From positions 11,718,001 through 11,782,000 of the forward strand of contig NC_088803.1 in assembly GCF_011386835.1 (NCBI RefSeq): a DNA stretch of 64,000 nucleotides, read 5' to 3'. Below, one piece after another: positions 1-11,728 of the stretch. Numbering within the stretch: position 1 is the stretch's first letter; each line of letters begins with the position of its first letter. A model generated the notes under the pieces. That model did not search any database and was not told the DNA's origin. It saw only the letters and a program-made list of their open reading frames with translations. Made by a program: the position numbers and the translations under genes. Origin of the DNA: Chrysemys picta bellii (Eukaryota).

Positions 1-531
1 GCAGAAAAACTGATCAATAACATTGGACCCACAGAAAGGTAATCGAAAGGTATTAGCAGTGTGGAGCAATGAATAGATACAGCTGCTGATCCAGGAACCA
101 GCTGCCATCTGTGCACATGCCCCTCTAGTCATGATCACCCTGTAACGCAAAGGATGGCAGATTGCAACGTACCGGTCATACGCCATTGCTGTGAGAAGGG
201 CCAGTTCTGCAGAGGCAAAGTGGATACCCAAATAGACTTGGGCAACACAGCCAGAGAAAGAAATCAGCCTGGTGTTGTTTAAGGAGCTCACCATGGACTT
301 GGGGACGGTGACAGAGATATAGCAGATGTCTAGGAAGGACAAGTTGCCCAGGAAGAAGTACATGGGGGTGTGAAGGTGGTGGTCAAGGGCTACGGTTGTG
401 ATGATGAGAAGATTGCCCATTAGGGCTGCCAGGTAAATCACCAGGAACAGCACAAAGTGCAAAATTTGCAGCTCCCGAACATCAGAGAATCCCTGGAGAA
501 GGAACTCGGTCACAGTGCTTTGATTGGTCAT
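1..531 (-). CDS. Class II olfactory receptor, OR14-like; 5' 177 codons, open frame running off the window edge
   Basis: Manual translation from ATG at 531: MTNQSTVTEFLLQGFSDVRELQILHFVLFLVIYLAALMGNLLII...LHTPMYFFLGNLSFLDICY...MAYDRYVAICHPLRY...FCGSNVIDQFFC, no stop in 177 codons. OR motifs GN, LHTPMYFFL and MAYDRYVAIC are intact. The family assignment is from recalled sequence character. Confidence 0.92.
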   Translation of the reverse strand, partial: MTNQSTVTEFLLQGFSDVRELQILHFVLFLVIYLAALMGNLLIITTVALDHHLHTPMYFFLGNLSFLDICYISVTVPKSMVSSLNNTRLISFSGCVAQVYLGIHFASAELALLTAMAYDRYVAICHPLRYRVIMTRGACAQMAAGSWISSCIYSLLHTANTFRLPFCGSNVIDQFFC

Positions 532-560
532 TTCCTGCTGTGTGGAGAGAAATGCAAGGT
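532..560 (-). promoter_or_regulatory. Splice acceptor (pyrimidine tract plus tandem CAGCAG) just upstream of the OR start codon
   Basis: Minus strand reads ttgcatttctctccacaCAGCAGgaaATG. OR genes typically have a 5' UTR intron ending just before the single coding exon. Confidence 0.55.
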
Positions 561-1089
561 AAAAGCCATGTTGAGGGTAGAAGACAAGAAAAGAGGACAA
601 TATATGTACTTATTCTTCTGCAGAAAAGATTCTGGATTCTAGAACTGTTGCAAAGGATTGTCTGTCTTCTCTAAGGTCATTCAGATACAAGGAGAAAGTA
701 CTAATGACACATTATTCTCAATTAAACATTTATTCAGATTCATTATGCCTATTATGTTCATGCTTTGTCCTAGAGTGTCTTGCAATTTTCCCAAACTTAT
801 TTGCTCTTCAAAATGATTCAGCCTCATTTGCAGCTAGAGAAATCCCTTTGTGTCAGATTCTCTGCTACTGTAAATTTTCATTTTCTATTAAACTGTCAGT
901 TTATATCGGCGGAGAATTTATCTCCCTGTTTTCAAATTATGCCCTCAATTATGAGAAGCAGAAGTCTTATAATTCAACTTGGCAGAATTCCATGTTTATG
1001 TTTTATAACTTCACCAGAAAATATCAAGTTTAATTTTTAAACATTTTTATTTTTAATTTATCTTTAAAATTAAAAAATATAAATTATTA

Positions 1090-1495
1090 AACAACTTTTA
1101 AACATTTCAATTTAAATTTTCACAATTGCAAAAGGTTATGAGTTCTAAACATTTTATCCTTGCATTTTATCTATTTAAATTTTCACAATTGTGGGAAATT
1201 ATTGGGGTGGAGGATCATACAGTGGGGGGACAGAGAATACATACTTAATGACATTGGGATTCAATAAAATACATTTTATACCATTTAAATAAAAATTGTC
1301 AAGGTCATGTCAAAATATACAAAGTGAAGAGCCTTACATCAAAACTCTACTAAGTTCTCAAATACCATTTTTCTTATTTTGCCTAGCTGTATCTTTAATT
1401 ATTATCAATGGAAATATTTTTGTTGGGTAGCGTGTCTATGGTGAAATTAATATTTACCAACATTTACCAATACATTTTTAATTCTGCCATGTCTA
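1090..1495. repeat. AT-rich dispersed repeat, unclassified; homologous in opposite orientation to 44185-44555
   Basis: Shared blocks in the same order: ttgtgggaaat, aaaatatacaa, ccttacatcaaa, ggaaatatttttgttg, ggtgaaatt, catttaccaata. Confidence 0.55.
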
Positions 1496-1660
1496 CTTAT
1501 AATTCAATACAGAGGACATGGAGAAAAAAGAATCATAATTTTTATACACAGTACATATGAAGTTTCATTTCTGACTTCTGGAAAGGGATTCTGCCCTAAT
1601 GACACCCATGAAAGAGAAATGGTGTGAGAAAAGAGTGTAGGTTGAATTAGTATTTAATTG

Positions 1661-2841
1661 GAATCATTGAAGCATAGAAGATTACATAGAAGAGACCTCA
1701 GGAGACCATCTAGTCTAATCCCCTGCTCAAAGCAGGACCAACACCAGCTAAATCATCCCAGCCAAGGCTTGGTCAAGCCGGGCCTTAAAAACCTCTAAGA
1801 ATGGAGATTCCACCACCTTCCTACGTAACATTCCAGTGCTTCACCACCCTCCTAGTGAAATAGTGATCCTAATATTCAACCTAGACTTCCCTCACTGCAA
1901 CTTGAGACCATTGCTTCTTTTTCTGTCATCTGCCACTACTGAGAACTGCCTAGCTCCATCCTCTTTGGAACCCCTCTTCTGGTAGTTGAAGGCTTCTATC
2001 AAATCCCCATCACTCTCCTCTCCTGCAGACTAAATAACTCCAGTTTCCTCAGCCTCTCCTCATAAGTCATGTGTCCCAGCCCCCTAATCATTTCTGTTGC
2101 CCTCCACTGGACTCTCTCCAATTTGTCCACATCCCTTCTGTAGTGGGGGGACCAAAACTGTACTCAATACTCCAGGTGCGGCCTCACCAGTGCCGAATAG
2201 AGGGGAATAATCACTTCTCTTGATCTGCTGGCAATGCTCCTACTAATACAGCCAAATATGCCATTGGCCTTCTTGGAAACGAGGGTACACTGCTGACTCA
2301 TATTCAGCTTCTTCTTCACAGTAATCCCCAGGGCCTTTTCTGAAGAACTGCTGCTTAGTCAGTCGTTCCCCAGCCTGTAGCAGTGCATGGGATTCTTCCT
2401 TCCTATGTGCAGGACTCTGCATTTTTCCTTGTTGAACCTCATCTGATTTCTTTTGGCCCAATTCTCCAATTTGTCTAGGTCACTCTGGACTCTATCCCTA
2501 CCCTCCAGCGTATTTACCTCTCCCCCCAGCTTAGTGTCATCTGCAAACTTGCTGAGGGCGTAATTAACCCTATCATCCAGATCATTGATAAAGGTGTTGA
2601 ACAAAACTGTCCCCAGGACAGACCACTGGGGTCTGCCAACTAGACAATGAGACATTGATCACTACCCGTTGAGCCTGTGCCAACTAGACAATGAGACATT
2701 GATCACTACCCGTTGAGCCTGATAATCTAGCCAGCTTTCTATCCACCTTATAGTCCATTCATCCAATCCATACTTTTTTAACTTGCTGGGAAGAATACTG
2801 TGGGAGACAGTATCAAAAGCTTTGCTAAAGTCAAGATATAA
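1661..2841 (-). mobile_element. CR1 LINE, 5'-truncated (3' UTR plus RT C-terminal half), decayed
   Basis: Degenerate (ATCATAGA)n-type antisense tail at 1661-1690. ORF 2359-2655 gives [16 protein letters not shown]...[10 protein letters not shown]...DLDKLENWA...[13 protein letters not shown], the CR1 RT motifs. Confidence 0.93.
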
Positions 2842-3537
2842 TCGCCTAATAAATTTGGGCTTTAAGATTTACTGTAACTGAAAACTGGAATTGTTCTGCC
2901 AGCCAGGCAGAAATAGACTTTCCTGTTGCTCTGAAGACAGAAGTCACATGTGAATAGAATTGTTACTGGTTCTGTTCCTAGCTCTGCAACAGGACACTTA
3001 GGCTGAGATTTTTAAAGGAGCCTAGCACACGTTGATGTCCAATTTCCATTAAAGTAGTGGGAACTGGATGTTCAAAGCCCTTAGGCATCCTTGAGCATTT
3101 TAGCGTTAATCCTGAGGAAGAATTTACTGATTTACTGAATCTGTTGAATAAGGATAACTTTTCCATCCTTCCCCTCCCATTCATCAGCTCCCTATCCATC
3201 CATCTTCACCTCTATGCATCCTTAACCACTTCAACTGCCTAAGAGAGTTAGGGACCCAATCCCCATTGACTGCAAGGTACTTAACTCCCTGTGTTCTTTT
3301 GAAATGTATTTCATGAAATGTTTAATGCTTTCTTTCTTTATTTCTCCAATACGTATCACATCCAAACTTGCTTCCTATTCCATAAACCACCAACATAGGA
3401 GCTCCTCATTCCGTGCTAGAAAATGACATGCCCAGAAAATAAGAAACCTTCTTCCCTCTGCCGCAAAAAAGACAATGCACTTGTTATTCTCTGGTAAAAC
3501 TGCACAGTCAGTGGACATGTATTTACAATATTATTTG

Positions 3538-3841
3538 GTGTTTGTCTACACTGCCAAAGAGCACCCATTAGCTGCGAGTCTCAGAGCCTACGTCAACTGA
3601 CTTGGGCTCGTACCACTGGCTAAAAGTAGCAGTGTAGACATGCCTGAATGGCCTGGAGGACCAATTCTAAAACCCAGTGAAGTGAAAGGATCTCAGAGCC
3701 CGGCTCCAGCCTGAATGGGAATGTCTACACTGCTATTTTCAGCCCCGAAGTCTGAGCCCTGTGAGCCAGAGTCAATTGACTGAATCTTTGAAGCTTGCTG
3801 CTGTGGGACATTTTTTTTTCTTTTGCAGTATAGACGTACTC
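3538..3841. mobile_element. Non-autonomous DNA transposon (PIF/Harbinger-type MITE), old
   Basis: Degenerate TIRs gtctacactgc...gcagtatagac and internal repeats of gtctacact/agtgtagac. Confidence 0.6.
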
Positions 3842-3844
3842 ACG

Positions 3845-3968
3845 GTGTCCAAAAAAGCTGATGCAGTTTTTGGTGGGATAAACAAAAGAAACAGGTGGTG
3901 TTGCTGGGAGTCCCATTCTATCTGATTCCATGGAGCACTTGGAACAGAACACTCAGTGCTAGGCATCA
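3845..3968 (+). mobile_element. Ancient CR1/L3 ORF2 fragment
   Basis: Translates KKADAVFGGINKR...VPFY...HLEQ, resembling CR1 KKANAILGCINR...PLY...HLEYC. Confidence 0.4.
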
Positions 3969-4060
3969 AAAAGAAAGATAATGATAAATGAAGGCAGAAG
4001 TGGGGAGGAACAGAATTTTTGTAGGTTTGAGGGAATTAACTCTGAGGAAAGCTTATTCTG

Positions 4061-4163
4061 TCATCCATCCATCCATCTATCCAGCCATCCCCATAAGCAG
4101 CTATCTATATAGCAATCCATCCATCTCCATCATTATCTATCTATTTATTTATCTATCTATCTA
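4061..4163. repeat. Degenerate (ATCC)n/(ATCT)n microsatellite
   Basis: Seen directly. Confidence 0.8.
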
Positions 4164-5013
4164 ATCTGCTTTGACTTTTACGTAAGGCAACACCATCCTC
4201 TTGAATCAGACAGCACAGGATATCGACACTGATTATGGTAAATTATCCCACTAAAACCGAATTGATAGGATGCCAGATTTGTATCTCCATGCGGAAATAA
4301 ATTCAAGATCTACATTTGCTGGGACTGAAATTAGAATCATGTACAGTTATGTGCTAGGAAGCTTACCTGCTGGAATCCTGAGCTGAAGTGCCAGGTATTC
4401 TTTCAGATGCTATAAAACTGCATGAAACACTGAAATACATGCATTCTTATATCTCCCTGCCCCCCTAAGTCTGCAACCAAAGAATTACTGATGGTTGGTA
4501 CCATTTTTGACTGGGAAAGAGAGACTGACTCATGATGCAGCCACTCAGAATTGGTGAATTACGTTGATTATAGTTCAGTTGTGTTTTAATCACAGCAAGG
4601 AACTCCCACTCTGTCCATGTTGTGGAGTCACTCCCAGGGATGATGCAAATGTATGAAGAGCAGATCTCAGTTTGACATGGTGAGCACCCAAGTTAGACCT
4701 TCCTAGCAATGAGCCACTGATGCCTTGCTCAGAAGATTTATCCAGGTGATTTCTCTGATGTGTATTGGGGCTGTTGTTCTCTGGAGGCTTGCAGAGCTCA
4801 AAAACAAGGACACATGAGAAATCTGCCTTGTAATCAAGCGTAAAAACAATTTGAAAACTAGGGCTGGTCCCCAAAATTTCAAATTAGAACTTTTCTTCTT
4901 GGAAAATGAGGCAGCATTGCCAATTCCAAATGTTTAAAAATGCCTCCTCCTAAAAATAATTACATTGACTTAACAATCATCTCTCTCTCTCTCCCCATCT
5001 ATCTATCTATCTA

Positions 5014-5095
5014 TTCATAGATTCCAAGGCCAGAAGTAATCATTGTGATCATCTACTAGTCTGAGCTCTGGTATACTATAGGCCAAAGAATTTAC
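5014..5095 (-). mobile_element. Very short CR1 3' end fragment next to a (CT)n/(ATCT)n tract
   Basis: catagattccaaggccagaag...tgatcatctactagtctgagctc matches an antisense CR1 3' terminus. Confidence 0.6.
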
Positions 5096-5201
5096 TCCTT
5101 CTTCCCTGAGCTGTCCAACTGAGCCCTATGAGGCTACTGACTTTAATGTAGCAAATAGGATTTGGCCTTATATCTGACTATGAGGGAGACTTTCAGCCTT
5201 A

Positions 5202-5331
5202 AGGAAAGATTTTAAAGGTATTTAGGTGCCCAGTGGGATATTCAATAGTGCCTAGATGCCTAACAACCACTGAAATCAAGGTGCTTTTGAAATTCCAACT
5301 AGGCCCCTAAATATCGTTATAATTCTGGCCC
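5202..5331. mobile_element. Short palindromic Harbinger-type MITE
   Basis: Flanked by TTA...TTA. Imperfect TIR agattttaaaggtatttagg / cctaaatatcgttataattctggccc. Confidence 0.55.
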
Positions 5332-5366
5332 TTAGGGATCAGCCCTATTCTCATTCAAATATAGGC

Positions 5367-5780
5367 TGTAGTTCATTTTCTCATTCTGTTATTTGGTATT
5401 ATTATAGTAAATTCATATGCTATTTCATATATAGTCAATGTATGTTAATTAGATTTAAATTGTAGGATTATAGCAGTATAGAACGTAAAAGTATTTTGGA
5501 TTATGAGTGTGTATTAGATATATAAGTAAAGCATTGCTAAAGATTTTAGCTGAGCCAGACTAGGCAATAGGGTTAAGAATGCTTGACATGGGTGGATGAC
5601 ATAGGAATAGCCCTATGCCAGTAAGGTGACAAGATTACTGTAAAAAATGTGCCATTTGGTGATGTTACGGAAAAATAGATTGCAATAGACCACAACGTAC
5701 TGCCCAAGATTATGAGACACTTGATTGTAAAATGAAATGTCCTGACAGCAGGGTACATGTTGTATGTAGATGATAATAAG
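5367..5780 (+). mobile_element. LTR-like element, 5' part (probably continues at 9153-~9670)
   Basis: Starts TGTAG. Paralogous copies contain LTR-like aggcct/tgaggcct motifs. A TATA-like aatataaaag lies in the putative continuation at ~9253. Confidence 0.35.
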
Positions 5781-5789
5781 TGTAGTAGA

Positions 5790-8413
5790 CTCATAGACTC
5801 ATAGACTCTAAGGTCAGAAGGGACCATTATGATCATCTAGTCTGACCTCCCGCATGATGCGGGCCTCAAAAGCTGACCCACCCACTCCTGGAAGAATTTT
5901 CTCCCTTGACTCAGCTGTTGAAGTCCCTAAATCATGATTTAAAGACTTCAAATCACTGAGAATCCTCCAGCCAGCGACCCCCGCCCCATGCTGCTGAGGA
6001 AGGCGAAAAACCTCCAGGGTCTCTGCCAATCTACCCTGGAGGAAAATTCCTTCCCGACCCCAAATATGGCGATCAGCTGAACCCCGAGCATGTGGGCAAG
6101 ATTCTCTAGCCAGACCCTCTGGAAAAAGTTCTCTGTAGTAACTTTTAATATCCCATCATTGACCATTGTTGCTAATTACCAGCGATGGCACGTTATTGAC
6201 CTATTGACTAAAATCACTTTATCCCATCAAACCATCCCCTCCATAAACTTATCAAGCTTAATCTTAAAGCCAGAGAGGTCTTTTGCCCCCACTGTTTCCC
6301 TCGGAAGGCCGTTCCAAAACTTCACCCCTCTGATGGTTAGAAACCTTCGTCTAATTTCAAGCCTAAACTTCCCGACGGCCAGTTTATATCCATTCGTTCT
6401 CATGTCCACATTAGAACTAATCTGAAATAATTCCTCTCCTTCCCTGGTATTTATCCCTCTGATATATTTAAAGAGAGCAATCATATCCCCCCTCAGCCTT
6501 CTTTTGGTTAAGGTAAACAAACCGAGCTCCTCGAGTCTCCTTTCATACGACAGATTTTCCATTCCTCGGATCATCCTAGTGGCCCTTCGCTGTACTCGTT
6601 CCAGTTTGATTTCATCCTTTTTAAACATGGGAGACCACAACTGCACACAGTACTCCAAATGAGGTCTCACCAGTGCCTTGTATAACGGAACCAGCGCCTC
6701 CTTATCCCTACTAGAAATACCTCGCCTAATGCATCCCAAGACCGCATTAGCTTTTTTCACAGCCACGTCACATTGCCGACTCATAGCCAACCTGCTATCA
6801 ACCAGGACTCCGAGGTCCTTCTCCTCTTCCATTACCTCCAACTGATGCATCCCTAGCTTATAACTAAAATTCTTGTTATTTATCCCTAAATGCATAACCT
6901 TACACTACTCACTATTAAATTTCATCCTATTACTATTACTCCAGTTTACAAGGTCATCCAAATCTCCCTGCAGGATATCCCGATCCTTCTCCGAATTGGC
7001 AATACCTCCCAACTTTGTGTCATCCGCAAACTTTATCAGCCCACTCATACATTCGGTTCCGAGGTCAGTAACAAATAGATTAAATAAAATCGGACCCAAA
7101 ACCGAACCTTGAGGAACTCCACTAGTAACCTCCCTCCATCCTGACAGTTCACCTTTTAGTATGACCCGCTGCAGTCTCTCCTTTAACCAGTTCTTTATCC
7201 ACCTCTGGATTTTCATATCGATCCCCATCTTTTCCAATTTAATCAATAATTCCTCATGCGGTACCGTATCAAACGCTTTACTGAAATCGAGGTAAATTAG
7301 ATCCAACGCATTTCCTTTATCTAAATAATCAGTTACTTTCTCAAAGAAGGAGATCAGGTTGGTTTGGCACGATCTACCTTTCGTAAAATCGTGTTGTAAT
7401 TTGTTCCAATTGGCATTGTCCTCAAGGTCCTTAACTACTTTCTCCTTCAAAATTTTTTCCAAGACCTTGCATATTACAGATGTTAAACTAACAGGCCTGT
7501 TGTTACCCAGGTCACTTTTTTTTCCCCTTCTTGAAAATAGGAACCACATTAGCTATTCTCCAGTCAAACGGTACCACCCCCAAGTTTACAGATTCATTAA
7601 AAATTATCGGTAACGGGCTTTCAATTTCTCACGCCAGTTCCTTTAATATTCTCGGATGAAGATCATCCGGTCCGCCTGATTTAGTCCTGTTAAGCTGTTC
7701 GAGTTTGGCTTCTACCTCGGATACGGTAATGCCAATCCCCACTTCTTTATTCCCATCAGTCTCGCTTCTACTATTCCTCAGCCTTTCATTAGCCTCATTA
7801 AATACCGATGCAAAATATTCATTTAGATATTGTGCCATGCCTAGATTATCCTTAATCTCCACTCCATCTACAGTCTTAAGCGGTCCCACTTCTTCTTTCT
7901 TTGTTTTCTTCCTATTTATATGGCTATAAAAGTTCTTGCTATTGGTTTTAATTCCCCTTGCAAGGTCCAACGCTACATGGCTTTTGGCTTTTCTCACTCC
8001 ATCTCTACATGCTCTGACCTCAATAAGGTAGGTTTCTTTGCTGATCCCTCCCATCTTCCACTCCCTGTACGCTTTCTGTTTTTTCTCAATGACCCCTCTG
8101 AGACGCTTGCTTATCCAGCCCTTTCTAAATCTCCTGCCTGCGAACCGTTTTCCCTTTCTCGGGATACAGGCCTCCGACAGCTCCTGCAACCTCAACTTGA
8201 AATAATCCCAGGCTCCTTCTGCCTTTAGATCCCTAAATATGTTAGTCCAATCCACTTCCCTAACTAGTCCCCTTAATTTATTAAAGTTAGCCCTTTTGAA
8301 ATCGTAAACCTTAGTCTCCGATTTAATTCTGTTAATCTTTCCCTTTAGTTTAAACTGAATTAGGTCATGATCACTTGAGCCAAGGTTGCCCCCTATAACC
8401 ATTTCCTCAACCT
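5790..8413 (-). mobile_element. Young CR1 LINE, 5'-truncated, 2.6 kb, present only in unit A
   Basis: (GAGTCTAT)n tail at 5786-5808. ORF2 from the APE end (GSSDHD) through RT to the C-terminus. The empty site is visible in units B-D. Confidence 0.97.
6227..8413 (-). pseudogene. CR1 ORF2 (endonuclease end plus reverse transcriptase), disabled
   Basis: ORF segments 7629-8413, 6905-7549 and 6227-6895 carry YRPVSLTS-like, [23 protein letters not shown] and [10 protein letters not shown] motifs. Lesions: TGA at 7629-7631, +1 A in an A8 run at ~7516-7523, TAG at 6905-6907. Confidence 0.95.
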
Positions 8414-10499
8414 GAGACATAAGGCCTTGTATCAGAGGCTCAGTGTGAGGCCTAAGGCCTGAACTAAAGTAGTGGTCCTGCTTTGCTGATATAAAGCAAA
8501 GAAGCAAAGTTAGCAGAAGTCAGGCCCTGGCTGCTTGTAAGCTCACAGCACAGCGCTGGTATTATAAAAACACACACATTCCCAAGAAGTGCTAGGCACA
8601 GGACAATCCAGCAAATACATTCCAGAAGGGTGGTACCGGAACACCGCAATACCAAGTATGGTACAAACCTCTCCCCCCCCCAAAGTGATAAGAACACACT
8701 GGACGATTCTCAAGATAAGGTCAGGATGACAGAGTGATGGATACAGATGTTTTGATCGAATCAGCATGTACTATGTAATGGGTGGTAACTAACGACATCA
8801 AAGGGTGGTAACTAAACAAGTCAGAGGGCCGATATGTAATTTGTTAGTATTGGTGTATAAAATGGAGTCTCAAAGGGAGTGTCTTTGGCCAGAATAGGGG
8901 GCAGTGGAAAGTCCCTCTACTGACTGAGTCGTGTCCATTGTCATGGGCATACATGTGTACCTGTAACCATTGAGCCAGGGCATTAGGATCTTGCTACATT
9001 TACAATAAACCTGACTGAGTGCCTTTGCAATTGAAATAGGTCTTGTGGTCTCATTGGGTGTAATGATTGAGGTCTGCTTGGCCAATTATCTGCACAGAGC
9101 TGGGACAGCACACACAGAGAGAACACACACATTCAGCCAAGATCTAACCACATTAAAAAAAAAAGACAAACTAAGAAACAACCTATGGGGTGTGGAAATA
9201 CAGATAAGGAAAAGTGGGTATATGCAGAAGGTGTTAGGTGTGGTCAGAAGAACAATATAAAAGAGGCTCCCTGGTTGGGTAAAAGTGGGAAGACTCCATA
9301 GGATGACCCCAAGGGAAACCCCAGCAGGAACCTGTTAAGAGACACATCAGACCCTACAATATTTTTGAGGATGTGAGTATGACTACAGTCACAGACATGG
9401 CATGGGTTTTATGCATGTTGAAGGTGTAATCATAGGTGGCCTATCTGGATGCTCCAGTCAAATGGGAAAAGCCAGTTGGAGCACAGAGAAGATTTTACAC
9501 CTGGGCCCTATATCAAAGACATCATTGAGCAATATGGTAGCTGTGTCCAGACATACACAAGCAGGGTGAGGGCTTTCAAAAAACCTGGTTTTCCCTGCAA
9601 GAGGGAGACAGAGTCATGGAGAGAAACTGAGGCTAGGCTGGATACCAGGAATTTCTTGGCTTCCTAAGAGGATGTGAGTTTGGTTCACATCTTATCCTAT
9701 GACTGAAGATGGAAAACCATCAAGATTGACTTGTAAAGAAGCTTTCATTTAGATGAGACTGAATACAATTTCATAGAGTTTAAGGCCAGAACATGGCAGA
9801 GTCAATCAATTTTTTTTCCATAGGGCCATGGGGGTCAAATGCACCTCCTGTGTAACTCCACAGAGATAAACAAACTAACAACATGGATGAGTCTAGCCCT
9901 TTCAGTTGAGTTATTTCCTCCAGAATCTACTCCCATGCCCATTAAGGATAATCAGAGCATCATAACCTCATAGGTGGCTCCTCAAGGAATTTCCACATGG
10001 TCTGTTTGTTTTAGGAGCTATTGATAACTGCTTTCCTGAGCTGAAGGGATGTTCCTTGTATGCTATGCAGAAGCAGAAGCAATGACAGTGCCCCAAGGTA
10101 TCCTAAGAATAAGCAAAATTTCCTGTTATCAGTCCCACACTGGGCAATGGGAAGCAAATGAGATCTCATTTCACACCGTGAGACTATTGCAGGGAGCTCA
10201 GTGTAGACAGGAAGTAGCTGGCTCAGGGCACAGGGAATGAGGTAGATTCCTTCATCTTTAGGGATCTTCTTCAAGCAAGTGAGTAGCCTGCAGCAGCTGT
10301 ACCCTTTCTGACTGCTGAGAAAAGAGCGGTTGACATTTCTCAAGGTCCTGGACAAGGAACCACAGCACACACACCCCAACCAATCCTATTGAGCTAATTG
10401 GCTTATTTTGGGGACTGAAGGACCAACCCTAACCTAGAAACACAATCTCCAAGCAGAGGATTCAGTTTCCATCTCAGCCATTGGCTTCTCTTTGAATAA

Positions 10500-10790
10500 T
10501 GCAACTCTCCTGGTTCAGGACACCTGTGTTCCCCCTCTGTGGTCCACCAAGGGCAGCCAAGCTAAGTTCTCAACTAATCAGCCATCATTTCTCTTTGGCA
10601 GAGACCCATGTCTTTCTCCCTCCTGAACGGGTTTTTGCACAGTTCCCTGCCTACGGTGTGATAACACCAGCAAGCCAGGCCATGTGAAAGGCCAGTGTCT
10701 CCTTTGCTGTCTCTTTGAAGGCTATAGACCACTGTAAAATGCGAGTGCCAAGTGTGTTTGGTGTCTACAGGATTCAGCAGCAGCTGAGCA
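10500..10790. mobile_element. Fragment of an LTR-like family also found at 62560-63110 (copies in units B-D)
   Basis: Shared cagccatca...tctccctcctga...gcacag...cctgccta blocks with 62560-62720. Confidence 0.45.
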
Positions 10791-11410
10791 GGGATTTCCT
10801 GAATACCAGTGGAACCTGATTCTGGCATTTAGGCACTTAAGTTCCTTCTTGCTCTCGTCTCAAGTAGAGGCAAAGGTAGTCTTACATTTCAGACAGGCGA
10901 ATTGCAAGCTTGAGTCTCTGATGTTAACCCTTCCATCAGGATTTCAGGACCAGGAGACGGTCTTCAGTCAAGTAATGGAATTATTTCAGTAAAGGTCGCC
11001 CCTTTGTGTCAGCCATGTTGTTTTCATTGTGAAATTGTATCATGAAATGAAAGGAAATATAACACCTTTGAAATTTTGTGAACATTCTTCTAATCTTTAT
11101 ATATTTGCTTTTCAATAAATGGATTCATTAGTTGCTTTCTAGAAAGCTAAAACAGGGTAGAGATGACAAACAGGTTACTCTCTAGTTATATATGTGTGGT
11201 GGAGCAGTATAGAGACTGTAGTGAAGGTTCCGTCAAGGTTCTCAGTTGAACAAGAGTCATTTCCCTTGCTCCATTCTATGTCCATGTGATTATCTAGGAC
11301 ATTACACTTAGAATGTATCATGTCCTTTGGTCTTTTTCTGGTGCATAATAAGTATAACCAGTTTGTTTCCTTCTTCTTTCTTTCCCATATCATCCCTCCA
11401 CAGACTGTAT

Positions 11411-11728
11411 GCTAGTACTTGAACCCCATCTTTATACTCCAGTGTATTACTTCCAGGTTAACTGATCCTTCTTAGACCCTTTTTACTCCTCTGTCACCCT
11501 CCCCAAACTCATGGCTAATGCTTTCATCAACACCAGATTGATTTCTTTCTCTGGATGTGTTGAACAAAACTATATAGTTGTCACTTTCGTTGCTACAGAG
11601 AGGAATCTTCTTTCTTTTCATACAGCAATGGCATATGTCTGCTATGTTGCCATATCCAACCCTCTGCCTTAGAGGGCTATCATGAACCAGGGGCAAATGT
11701 GCCTAGATGTCAGCTGGTTCTTGGAGAC
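11411..11728 (+). pseudogene. OR14-like pseudogene fragment (TM2-TM4), unit A; N-terminal ~165 bp deleted
   Basis: Reads EPHLYTPVYYFQVN*SFLD...NTRLISFSGCVEQ...TAMAYVCYVAISNPL, aligning to the 1-531 OR. Confidence 0.85.

Larger units (their letters stand above)
5781..9152 (+). mobile_element. Solo LTR (ERV/Gypsy-type) interrupted near its 5' end by a CR1
   Basis: TGTAGTAGA start at 5781 continues as gagacataaggcc at 8414 (contiguous in the paralogs at 18562). TATA gtataaaa ~8855, AATAAA ~9005, ends ...accaCA at 9152. TSD not clean. Confidence 0.72.

Noticed and set aside
4355-4645. Strong minus-strand donor CAG/GTAAGC at 4366 and a TCCCAGGGA motif as the first exon/promoter of the 1-531 OR
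   Set aside because: A single donor-like 9-mer and a poorly spaced O/E-like motif are expected by chance in several kb; no supporting evidence.
7629-8507. 292-aa ORF (and the 18486-18674 look-alike) starting MLLCFISAKQ as a novel LTR-CR1 fusion protein
   Set aside because: The N-terminal 31 aa are antisense LTR sequence read in frame by chance into a truncated, stop-containing CR1 ORF2; no evidence of expression.
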